Source of the DNA: Desulfobacterales bacterium
GTDB taxonomy: Bacteria > Desulfobacterota > Desulfobacteria > Desulfobacterales > Desulfosarcinaceae
Assembly: GCA_016218685.1 (NCBI GenBank)
Contig: JACRDD010000023.1
Coordinates: forward strand, 3,688 to 67,687
Length of the DNA stretch: 64,000 nucleotides
Reading direction: 5' to 3'
Shown: positions 1 to 8,022 of the stretch, in pieces
Layout of the letters: every line of letters begins with the position of its first letter
How positions within the stretch are numbered: the first letter of the stretch is position 1
Notes under the pieces: model-generated
What the model saw: the letters and a program-made list of their open reading frames with translations, nothing else
What the model was told of the DNA's origin: nothing
Database searches by the model: none
Program-made: the position numbers and the translations under genes

Positions 1-152
1 AAAAAGACGCAGCCCCGCTGCAACCCCAACCGGCCGGCCAGAATCTCCATTGCGGCATACAAGTTTTTCTCCAGGTCCAGCGAACTGGTCAACACTTGAC
101 TCACCTGGAGGATGGCACTGAGTTCTTCGTTCTTGCGCATGAGCAGTTTCAT
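1..152 (-). CDS. Partial (5' end) NifA-like GAF-domain sigma54-dependent activator; runs off the left edge
   Basis: Manual minus-strand translation from ATG 152: MKLLMRKNEELSAILQVSQVLTSSLDLEKNLYAAMEILAGRLGLQRGCVF, typical of a NifA/FhlA-type GAF N-terminus. Alternative start at 140. Confidence 0.7.
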   Translation of the reverse strand, partial: MKLLMRKNEELSAILQVSQVLTSSLDLEKNLYAAMEILAGRLGLQRGCVF

Positions 153-165
153 AAGCTGGGAAATC

Positions 166-181
166 AGCAAGGTGTGTGCCA
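166..181 (-). promoter_or_regulatory. sigma54 -24/-12 promoter
   Basis: Minus strand TGGCAC-ACACC-TTGCT matches TGGCAC-N5-TTGCW exactly, just upstream of the NifA-like gene. Confidence 0.8.
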
Positions 182-351
182 CGCGAAGTTGATAGATGCA
201 AAAGAGACCGAATCCGTTTGAAACTACAAGAAAAGCTTCTCTATCAAACGGCAATGGGGTAGATGTTCAAAATAACAAAAGAGAAATAAACAGTGATTAA
301 CAAAACAAATATGTATCAAAGGCAAGTGAACCGCAATGGGCCGCTCCTTTG

Positions 352-480
352 TTAAGTTGCCTTTTCCAGGCACCCGAAGACCTCCCCGGCCTGATACGAT
401 CTGTGCGCGAAGGGCGCGGCGGCCATGTGGTCGAGGCCCAGGCCGAGCATGAGGCCATATTTGGTGGGGTTAGGGTATGC
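352..480 (-). pseudogene. Degenerate, internally deleted duplicate of the lipA 3' end
   Basis: Translates AYPNPTKYGLMLGLG|[27 protein letters not shown], versus Lip[15 protein letters not shown][...][28 protein letters not shown] resembles 1989-2054 and 2217-2260. Confidence 0.8.
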
Positions 481-494
481 CTTGAGATCCGCAA

Positions 495-1679
495 TCATGA
501 CAGGTCTTCCTGGGGTTCATCGCTGAACAGTTTCACATAGGATTCATAGCGGAAGCGGCGGTTGCGAGTATAGCCGGTCATCTCCTTGAGGATGCCCAAC
601 TCGGCTATCCGAGTCACCAAGTTGTTGGCGGCGGTGTAGGTCGTACCGATCAGATCCGCAATATCTCCAACCTTGACGATGGGCCGGTCGAATAGCATTT
701 CAAGCACCTTATGGCCATTGCCCGCGGCGCGTCCCAGGCGCTCGGTGATGGCGACGCGGTGCGTTTCCCGCAAGGCCAGGATGCGGCGGGCGGTATCGGT
801 GGCCTCGGCGCTCACCTCGGCCACCCCGCGCAGGAAAAAGGCAAGCCAGCTTTCCCATTCGCCGCGATCCCGCACGGCTTGCAAATGCTCATAGTAAGCT
901 TGCCGGTGTCGTTTAAAATAGTGCGAGAGATAGAGCACGGGCTTGAGCAAAATACCGCCCTCGGTGAGCAGAAAGGTGATTAGCAGGCGGCCGATGCGAC
1001 CATTGCCGTCCAGAAATGGATGGATGGTTTCGAATTGCGCGTGGACAAGTCCGATTTTGATCAGGGCGGGCAGATCGTCCTGTTGATGGAGAAAACGCTC
1101 CAGCTCGCCCAAAGCCTCGGGCACAACTTCCGGTGGTGGCGGGACGAAGCTGGCCTCGTTCAGGGTGCATCCGCCCGGCCCGATCCAATTCTGGCTGCGG
1201 CGCAGTTCACCGGGTGTCAGGCGGCTGCCGCGCACACCCTGAAGCAACTGTTCGTGGATTTCGCGAATCAGGCGAACCGATACGGGTAGCTCCGCCAACC
1301 GTCTCAGGCCGTGATTCATGGCCTTAACGTAGTTGACCACCTCGTCCACATCGCGCGGCTTGGTCTCAGGGTCAAACAGCTCCGCCTCGGCCGCAAGCAA
1401 GTCTTGTAGCGAGCTTTGGGTGCCTTCGATCTGGCTGGATAGAACCGCCTCTTTGCGGACATACATGAAAACAAATAGGTCGGGATTGGGCAGGGTTTGC
1501 ACAGAGCCGTCGAGCCGTCCGAGGGCGCGATCGGCTTTGGACAATAATGCTTGCAATTCGCCTTGGATGCGCAGGGGCGGGTCAGGAGGCAGGGCGGTGG
1601 GAATGAAAGCCCGGTAACCGGTGAGCTGACGCTGGTAGCGCCCGGCACGTGAAGATCGTTCGGTTTGAGACTCGCTCAT
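495..1679 (-). CDS. Fic family protein with N-terminal inhibitory helix and C-terminal winged HTH
   Basis: Canonical Fic motif HPFLDGNGRIGR; SSQIEG inhibitory motif; wHTH-like C-terminus; purine-rich RBS upstream. Confidence 0.92.
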   Translation of the reverse strand: MSESQTERSSRAGRYQRQLTGYRAFIPTALPPDPPLRIQGELQALLSKADRALGRLDGSVQTLPNPDLFVFMYVRKEAVLSSQIEGTQSSLQDLLAAEAELFDPETKPRDVDEVVNYVKAMNHGLRRLAELPVSVRLIREIHEQLLQGVRGSRLTPGELRRSQNWIGPGGCTLNEASFVPPPPEVVPEALGELERFLHQQDDLPALIKIGLVHAQFETIHPFLDGNGRIGRLLITFLLTEGGILLKPVLYLSHYFKRHRQAYYEHLQAVRDRGEWESWLAFFLRGVAEVSAEATDTARRILALRETHRVAITERLGRAAGNGHKVLEMLFDRPIVKVGDIADLIGTTYTAANNLVTRIAELGILKEMTGYTRNRRFRYESYVKLFSDEPQEDLS

Positions 1680-1695
1680 GTTATCCTCTCCCTCA

Positions 1696-1762
1696 CATAT
1701 GGAACGGAAACGAATCCATATTAAACGCTGCGTTTAACATGGAGTTAGTTTTCAGCCATATG
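1696..1762. repeat. 67-bp imperfect palindrome upstream of fic (putative operator)
   Basis: 33-bp arms CATATGG...TCCATATTAAACGC and GCGTTTAACATGGA...CCATATG around a central T. Confidence 0.7.
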
Positions 1763-1970
1763 CAAGGCTGCCTTGAATACACCATTTTGCTCTATTTCTC
1801 ATATGATTTCGTAAAGTAAGCCATGGGTCTCCTTCTCCGGAGCCGGAAGTTGCTGACGCCATGGTCGGCGTCGCCGGGGAAGCGAGAGCTCCACCAGTAA
1901 AACATCATGATATGGCACGGTACTGGGGGGCCTGATTTGAACCTCTACCCCGATTTCAAGGGCTGGTAAA

Positions 1971-2837
1971 CTATTTTTCGATGCCGTCAAAGACCTCCCC
2001 CGCCTGGTACGAACTGCGCACGAAAGGTGCGGCGGCCACATGCTCGAAGCCCAGATCGAGGGCGATGCGGTGCCACTGCTCGAACTCTTCGGGCGGCACA
2101 TAGCGCACCACGGGCAGGTTGCGGGCGGTGGGTTGCAGGTATTGGCCCAGGGTGAGCAGGCGGCAGTTGGCGGCGCGCAGGTCGGCGAGGGATTGGCGGA
2201 TTTCGGCTTCGCTTTCGCCCAGGCCGAGCATGAGGCCCGATTTGGTGGGGATGTGGGGGGCCTGGCGGGCGGCGTCGGCCAGCAGGCGCAATGAGCGTTG
2301 ATATTGGGCCTGGGGGCGGACCGTGGGGTAGAGACGCGGAACGGTTTCCACATTGTGGTTGAGCACGTCCGGTTTGGCGGCCAGCACAACGGCCAGGGCC
2401 GCGGGGTCGCCCTGGAAGTCGGGGATGAGGACTTCGACGCGGACTTCCGGGATGGCGCGGCGCAGGGCCGCGATGGTGGCGGCGAAGTGGGCCGCGCCGC
2501 CGTCGGGAAGATCGTCGCGGGTCACCGAGGTGACCACCACGTAGCGCAGGCGCATCTCGGCGGCGGCCTGAGCCACGCGCCGGGGTTCGTCGGGGTCGGG
2601 CGGTTGCAGGGGGCCTTGCTTGACGGCGCAGAAGCGGCAGTCGCGGGTGCAGTGATCGCCCAGGATCAGGAAGGTGGCGGTATGGCGGCTGAAGCATTCG
2701 AAGATGTTGGGGCAGTGCGCTTCCTGGCAGACGGTGTGCAGGTGCCCGTCGCGCAGCAGGCGGCGGGTCTCTTCGTACTGAGGGCCGCTGGGCATGCGCA
2801 CGCGCAGCCAGGGGGGTTTTGAGGTTTTAATCGGCAT
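1971..2837 (-). CDS. lipA: Lipoyl synthase
   Basis: [18 protein letters not shown] auxiliary-cluster motif, CTRDCRFC radical SAM motif, RSSY C-terminus. Confidence 0.97.
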   Translation of the reverse strand: MPIKTSKPPWLRVRMPSGPQYEETRRLLRDGHLHTVCQEAHCPNIFECFSRHTATFLILGDHCTRDCRFCAVKQGPLQPPDPDEPRRVAQAAAEMRLRYVVVTSVTRDDLPDGGAAHFAATIAALRRAIPEVRVEVLIPDFQGDPAALAVVLAAKPDVLNHNVETVPRLYPTVRPQAQYQRSLRLLADAARQAPHIPTKSGLMLGLGESEAEIRQSLADLRAANCRLLTLGQYLQPTARNLPVVRYVPPEEFEQWHRIALDLGFEHVAAAPFVRSSYQAGEVFDGIEK

Positions 2838-2845
2838 GCGGGCCT

Positions 2846-3529
2846 CTATCCAAGGAGCGATGTCAACGATTCCAGGTTGATCGCTTCAAATTCCAATCCG
2901 AGCAGTTCGCTCAGGTGGCGCGCCATTTCGCGGCGCACCGTCGTCATCGGCACGTCTACGCCCGTTTCCTGGCTCAGGGTGGTCATGGCGCAGGACTGAA
3001 TGCCGCAGGGGTTGATCCAGGTGAAGGGCGTCAGGTCGGTGCTGACATTCAGGGCCAGGCCGTGGAAGCTGATGCCGCGGCGCACGGTGATGCCCACGCT
3101 GCCCAGCTTGCGATTTTCCACCCAGGCGCCGCGGTGGACGGCATCCCCCCGGGCCTTAAGATCCCAGTGGGCCGCGGTCGCCACCATGGCCTGCTCCAGA
3201 GCGCCCACAAAAGCCACCACCGACAACTGGGCGGCATTCAGATCGACGATCGGATAGACCACCAGTTGGCCCGGACCGTGGTAGGTGATGTCGCCGCCGC
3301 GCTCGATGGGCACCAGGGCAATGCTTTTCTGCTTCAACGCTTCTTCCGGAACCAGCAGGTTCTCCCGGCCGCCCCGGCGGCCAAGGGTGAAGACCGGCGG
3401 ATGCTCCAGCATGACCACCAGGTCGCGCGCCAGGCGCCCTTCGCGGCGGGCGGCCACGGCCCTGTGCTGCAACGCCAGGGCCTGGCGGTAGTCGGTTTCG
3501 GGCAGAGCGAGCAGATATCCCGGCCGCAT
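2846..3529 (-). CDS. lipB: Octanoyltransferase LipB
   Basis: C-terminal part of ORF 2846..4786 from ATG 3529: [38 protein letters not shown]. Confidence 0.93.
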   Translation of the reverse strand: MRPGYLLALPETDYRQALALQHRAVAARREGRLARDLVVMLEHPPVFTLGRRGGRENLLVPEEALKQKSIALVPIERGGDITYHGPGQLVVYPIVDLNAAQLSVVAFVGALEQAMVATAAHWDLKARGDAVHRGAWVENRKLGSVGITVRRGISFHGLALNVSTDLTPFTWINPCGIQSCAMTTLSQETGVDVPMTTVRREMARHLSELLGLEFEAINLESLTSLLG

Positions 3530-3534
3530 GGAGG

Positions 3535-4980
3535 TTATCCCATTAGGCACGGCTTGCGTGCGGCCTTGACTTCGTCCAGGCGCCGTAGCTTGGCATGGTG
3601 CGGGGCCTGGTGCAGCAGCTCCGGATTCTGTTCGGCTTCCCGGGCGATGGCGCGCATGGCGGCGATGAAGTGATCCAAGGTCTCCTTGGTTTCGCTTTCG
3701 GTGGGCTCGATCATCAGGGCGCCGCTGACCACCAGGGGGAAGTAAATGGTGGGCGGGTGGAAGCCGTAGTCGATGAGCCGTTTGGCGATGTCCAGGGCCG
3801 AGACTTTGTGGGCCAGTTGGCGCTGGTCGGTGAAGACGCACTCGTGCATGCAGGGCCGGTCGTGGGGCAGGTGGTAGTCCTGCTTGAGTCCGGCCTGGAT
3901 GTAGTTGGCGTTGAGCACAGCCAGGCGGCTCACCTGGGCCAGGTCGGCGCCCAGGCTCAGGATGTAGCTGTAGGCCCGCACCAGGATGCCGAAGTTGCCG
4001 TAAAAGGCGTGCAAGCGGCCCACGGACAAGGGAAAGTCGCTGCGCCAGGCGAGGCGCTCGCCCGCCTGGACCACCCGGGGCACGGGCAGATAGGGGGCCA
4101 GTTTGGCGGTGACACACACCGGCCCGGCCCCCGGTCCCCCGCCGCCGTGGGGCGTGGAGAAAGTCTTGTGCAGGTTGAGGTGCAGTACATCCACGCCCAT
4201 GGCGCTCATGTCCACCACCCCCAGCACGGCGTTCATGTTGGCGCCGTCGGCGTAGACCAGGCCGCCCTTGGCGTGCACGATCTCGGCTACCTGGCGGATG
4301 TTGGCCTCGAAGAGACCGAGGGTGTTGGGGTTGGTCAGCATGATGCCGGCCGTCTCCTCGTCCATCAGGTCGGCAACGGCTTGCGGCTCCAGGATGCCCT
4401 GGGGCCCTGAGCGCACCGGCACGGCCGTGAAGCCGCACAGGGCCGCGCTGGCCGGGTTGGTGCCGTGGGCCGTGTCGGGAATCAGGATCTTGGTGCGCGG
4501 CCGGCCGAGGGACGCATGATGGGCATGGAAGATCAGCATGCCGGTGAGTTCGCCCTGGGCCCCGGCCGCCGGTTGCAGGCTGACGGCGGCAAGGCCGGTG
4601 ATCTCGGCCAGCCACTGCTCCAGGTCGAAGATCAACCGCAGCAGCCCCTGGGACATGGCTTCGGGCAGCAAGGGATGGGCCGATGCGATGCCCGGCAGCG
4701 ACGCCTGGCGCTCGTTGGTCTTGGGATTGTACTTCATGGTGCACGAGCCCAGGGGATACATCACGCTGTCCACGCTCAGGTTCCATTGGCTCAGGCGTGT
4801 GTAGTGGCGCACGATCTCCAGCTCGCTCAGGTCGGGAAAATCAGGCCCGGGGCCGGTCAAGTCCGGGTCTACAGGCTGTTCGGGCACTTCCCGGGCCGGC
4901 TGGGAGAAGGCCTCGCGGCCCGGCGCGCCCAGTTCCCAGAGCAACGGTTCGTTGAAAATCAATCCGGTGGTGCCGATCAT
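3535..4980 (-). CDS. gcvPB: Glycine dehydrogenase (decarboxylating) subunit 2
   Basis: YPLGSCTMKYNP; HLNLHKTFSTPHGGGGPG PLP-lysine motif; ATGA overlap with the gcvPA stop. Confidence 0.96.
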   Translation of the reverse strand: MIGTTGLIFNEPLLWELGAPGREAFSQPAREVPEQPVDPDLTGPGPDFPDLSELEIVRHYTRLSQWNLSVDSVMYPLGSCTMKYNPKTNERQASLPGIASAHPLLPEAMSQGLLRLIFDLEQWLAEITGLAAVSLQPAAGAQGELTGMLIFHAHHASLGRPRTKILIPDTAHGTNPASAALCGFTAVPVRSGPQGILEPQAVADLMDEETAGIMLTNPNTLGLFEANIRQVAEIVHAKGGLVYADGANMNAVLGVVDMSAMGVDVLHLNLHKTFSTPHGGGGPGAGPVCVTAKLAPYLPVPRVVQAGERLAWRSDFPLSVGRLHAFYGNFGILVRAYSYILSLGADLAQVSRLAVLNANYIQAGLKQDYHLPHDRPCMHECVFTDQRQLAHKVSALDIAKRLIDYGFHPPTIYFPLVVSGALMIEPTESETKETLDHFIAAMRAIAREAEQNPELLHQAPHHAKLRRLDEVKAARKPCLMG

Positions 4981-6311
4981 CGCGTCACCTCCTGGACCAG
5001 CAGGTTCAAATCCTGCTTGCGGCTGGTTTCGGTGGCGCACAGCAGGTAGTGATCGGAGAGTTCGGGGAAGTACTGCACAAGCGGCAGGCCGGCCACGATG
5101 CGCCGTGCCAGCAACTGCTGGTAGCGGTTTTGGGACCCGGCCGGCAGTCGCACGACAAATTCGTTGAAGGTCGGCGCGGAGAAGGGCAGGGCAATGCCGG
5201 CGGCTTGCAGCGCGTTTTTAAGATAGCCGGCCGTATCGTAATTGAGGCGCGCCAGTTGGCGAAAGCCGCTGCCGCCCAGGGAGGCCATGTACATGGCCGC
5301 GGCCAGGGCGCACAACCCCTGGTTGGTGCAGATGTTGGAGGTGGCCCGCTCCCGGCGGATGTGCTGCTCGCGGGTGGAGAGGGTCAGCACGAATCCGCGG
5401 CGGCCCTCCAGATCCACGGTCTGGCCCACCAGGCGGCCGGGCATGCTGCGCATGTGGGCCTCGCGGCAGGCGAACAGGCCCACCCCCGGCCCGCCGAACG
5501 AGCGCGGGATGCCCAGGCTCTGGCCCTCGCCGCAGACGATATCGGCCCCCAGGCGGCCCGGGGCCTGGTAAAGGCCGTAGGCCAGCGGTTCGCTGAAGGC
5601 CGTGATCATCAGCGTGCCGGCCTGGGCATGGGTCGCGGCCTCCACGGCTTTCAAATCTTCCACGCAGCCGAAGAAGTTGGGCGACTGCACCGCCACGGCC
5701 GCCAAGTCCGAAGCATTTGCCAAGCGGGATAGATCGGTGCGGCCATCGGCGCCATAGGGTAGTAAAACGATCTCGAAGCCCGCCGGCCGCAGATAGGTCT
5801 CGACCACCTGGCGGTAGTGGGGGTGCACGGCCCGTGAAAGGGCCACCCGCCGGCGCTTGGTAACCCGGATGGCCATGAGCAGGGCTTCGGCCAGGGCCGA
5901 GGCGCCGTCGTACATGGAGGCGTTGGCCACCTCCATGCCCAGCAGCCGGCCCACCAGGGTCTGGTATTCGTAGATGGCTTGCAGGGTCCCCTGGCTCACT
6001 TCCGGCTGGTAGGGGGTGTAGGCCGTGAAGAATTCTCCCCGGCGCAGCAGTTGCTTAATGGTCTCCGGAATGTGGTGATCGTAGCTGCCCGCGCCCAGGA
6101 AGATCTTGTACTCGGGCGCCGTGGCCGTGGCAGCGGCCAAATGCTCCATGTGGCGGTCCAGGTCCCACTCGCCGAGGGCCGGCGGCAGATCCATCGGCCG
6201 CTGGCGGCGGCATTGGCCCGGGATCTGGGCGAACAGATCGTCGATGCTTCCGACGCCCACGGCGCCGAGCATGGCCTGGATGTCGGCCTCGGTATGGGGC
6301 AGGTAGCGCAT
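4977..6311 (-). CDS. gcvPA: Glycine dehydrogenase (decarboxylating) subunit 1
   Basis: MRYLPHT, TAYTPYQPEVSQGTLQ, ANASMYDG, TREQHIRRERATSNICTNQ. Confidence 0.96.
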   Translation of the reverse strand: MRYLPHTEADIQAMLGAVGVGSIDDLFAQIPGQCRRQRPMDLPPALGEWDLDRHMEHLAAATATAPEYKIFLGAGSYDHHIPETIKQLLRRGEFFTAYTPYQPEVSQGTLQAIYEYQTLVGRLLGMEVANASMYDGASALAEALLMAIRVTKRRRVALSRAVHPHYRQVVETYLRPAGFEIVLLPYGADGRTDLSRLANASDLAAVAVQSPNFFGCVEDLKAVEAATHAQAGTLMITAFSEPLAYGLYQAPGRLGADIVCGEGQSLGIPRSFGGPGVGLFACREAHMRSMPGRLVGQTVDLEGRRGFVLTLSTREQHIRRERATSNICTNQGLCALAAAMYMASLGGSGFRQLARLNYDTAGYLKNALQAAGIALPFSAPTFNEFVVRLPAGSQNRYQQLLARRIVAGLPLVQYFPELSDHYLLCATETSRKQDLNLLVQEVTR

Positions 6312-6316
6312 GGCGG

Positions 6317-6715
6317 CTATCCTTTCAGCGTGTCCAGATAACTCTTCTGATCCATCAGTTGTTGATACTCACCCGGGTCGCCCGGTTTTACTTTGATCAT
6401 CCAGCCGTTGCCGTAGGGCTCGCTATTGACCAGTTCGGGGGTGTCGCCCAGTTGGGTGTTGACCGCCACCACTTCGCCGCCGATGGGCATGAACAGCTCG
6501 GAGACTGCTTTGACCGACTCCACCGAGCCGAAATCGGCCCCCTTTTTGATTTTACTTCCCGTGGCGGGCAGGTCCACATAGACAATGTCTCCCAGCCGGT
6601 CCTGGGCGTAATCGCTGATGCCCACGACGAAAAGGTCTTTATCGGGTCGGGCCCATTCGTGGTCGGTGCTGTAGCGCAGATTTTCGGGAAAGTGCAGTTC
6701 GCTGATCTCTTTCAT
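6317..6715 (-). CDS. gcvH: Glycine cleavage system H protein
   Basis: YSTDHEW, GISDYAQDRLGDIVYV, lipoyl-lysine motif VESVKAVS; AAGGAGG RBS before ATG 6715. Confidence 0.96.
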   Translation of the reverse strand: MKEISELHFPENLRYSTDHEWARPDKDLFVVGISDYAQDRLGDIVYVDLPATGSKIKKGADFGSVESVKAVSELFMPIGGEVVAVNTQLGDTPELVNSEPYGNGWMIKVKPGDPGEYQQLMDQKSYLDTLKG

Positions 6716-6849
6716 GCGTTCCTCCTTGGAAGGGATATTTGCCCGGCGGTGCCGGCGACGGGTCCGAATCGGAAAGCGCGTTGGCCGGATAGGTGCCACG
6801 CAAATCGAGGACGGGCGAGCAGCGGCGGCGCTCCCCATGAACTGAAGCC

Positions 6850-6878
6850 ATTTTGAACTTGTTTTTCCGAAATTGCAA
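6850..6878 (-). promoter_or_regulatory. Possible sigma70 promoter of the gcv-lip operon
   Basis: Minus strand TTGCAA-N17-CAAAAT, directly after the upstream terminator. Confidence 0.35.
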
Positions 6879-6885
6879 GGGAGGC

Positions 6886-6925
6886 AAACGAAACACCCCC
6901 CGGGCCGTTGGGCCCGGAGGGTGTC
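6886..6925 (-). terminator. Rho-independent terminator of the Gld-like ABC operon
   Basis: Minus strand ACACCCTCCGGGCC-CAAC-GGCCCGGGGGGTGT followed by TTCGTTT. Confidence 0.75.
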
Positions 6926-6948
6926 ATGGGAACGCTAAGATACGGCGG

Positions 6949-7989
6949 CTACTTTGCGGGCTTGGGTGCTTCGATGCCCAGCAGCTTGTCGATGGTTTTT
7001 TCGATCTCTTTGAGCCGATGTTCATTCAGCACGAAACCATAGGGCGTGGTCGAGGCCAGGGCCGGTACCTTGTCGGCCGTTTCGCTCTCCTTGGGGAACA
7101 CCGACAAGGTGTACTCCCCCTGGTCGTTCTTGAACGTCAGGGTGGCCAGGGCCGTGCCCTGGGCCAGCTTGGCCTTGGCCGCGTCGTCCAGAAAAGTGTC
7201 GCACTGCAAGCGGGCGACGGCGCCCAGGATGCGCTCGATCTCGGCTTTGTCCAGCGCCTGGCCGTCGTCGGTCTGCCATTGGGGTGCGGGCGGTTCGGCC
7301 GGCGTAGCGCTGGGCGTGGCCGTGGCCGAGGCCTCTTTGGCGGCTTCCGGACTCGGGGCCGGGGTCGCGGCCGGAGTCTCCGCCTTGGGTGGGGTCACCT
7401 TGGTGGCCGCCAGGCGCTTGCCCTGTTTTTGGATCGTGAGGGCGGCAATGCTCTCCTTGTCGATGTCGAAGATCGATTTGTCGCGCAAGGCCTCGACGTT
7501 CTGCTCGAAGGTGTTCCGCAACTGGCCCCGGGCGTGGTAGATCTTGGGATCGCCGTCCAGGGTCACGAAGGTGTGCTGGAAGGTGGGGGCCGCCTTGCCG
7601 ATGTCGAAGGCCCGCAGCCGGGCGCCGCCGTCGCCGAAGGCCTGGATGTTGATCCGGGTCTTGGGCGTCAGCTCGTAGCGGTCATAGTTTTTGGATTCGG
7701 AAACCAGGGCCGTGAGCGCCAACTCGGCCACGGCGTTGACCATGTTCTTGGCCTTGATGTTGTCGGCCGCGTAGCCCTGGGGCTCGATAAACCACTTCTC
7801 GTCTTTTTTGACCAGCTCCACCGGCGGGTTTTCCTTGTCGGTCACCACCAGGCGGTTGACTTTAGCCGTTTCGATCTTGGCCGGTTGGGGCAGATCCTCT
7901 TCGTCGTTATTGGCCGAGCGCGTCGTCAAGTACACCACCAGCGCCACGACCACCAGGGTCAGCAGGATGTATTCTTTTTTCAGCTTCAT
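6949..7989 (-). CDS. DUF4340-like membrane-anchored periplasmic protein
   Basis: N-terminal TM; VELVKKDEKWFI...YAAD motif; Pro/Ala linker; usual position after GldG-like genes. Confidence 0.7.
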   Translation of the reverse strand: MKLKKEYILLTLVVVALVVYLTTRSANNDEEDLPQPAKIETAKVNRLVVTDKENPPVELVKKDEKWFIEPQGYAADNIKAKNMVNAVAELALTALVSESKNYDRYELTPKTRINIQAFGDGGARLRAFDIGKAAPTFQHTFVTLDGDPKIYHARGQLRNTFEQNVEALRDKSIFDIDKESIAALTIQKQGKRLAATKVTPPKAETPAATPAPSPEAAKEASATATPSATPAEPPAPQWQTDDGQALDKAEIERILGAVARLQCDTFLDDAAKAKLAQGTALATLTFKNDQGEYTLSVFPKESETADKVPALASTTPYGFVLNEHRLKEIEKTIDKLLGIEAPKPAK

Positions 7990-8022
7990 CGTTACCTCTG
8001 TGTATTCGATCAAGTCGTCGAT

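Noticed and set aside
294-357. attC-like TAAC...GTT pair near the left edge
   Set aside because: No L-box pairing; better explained as the hairpin following the lipA remnant.
2846-4786. 646-aa ORF as a LipB fusion
   Set aside because: The N-terminal 419 codons are an off-frame shadow of gcvPB; LipB starts at 3529.
6716-6850. Glycine riboswitch upstream of gcvH
   Set aside because: No GGAGA...GAAG...CUCAGG aptamer motifs were found on the minus strand.
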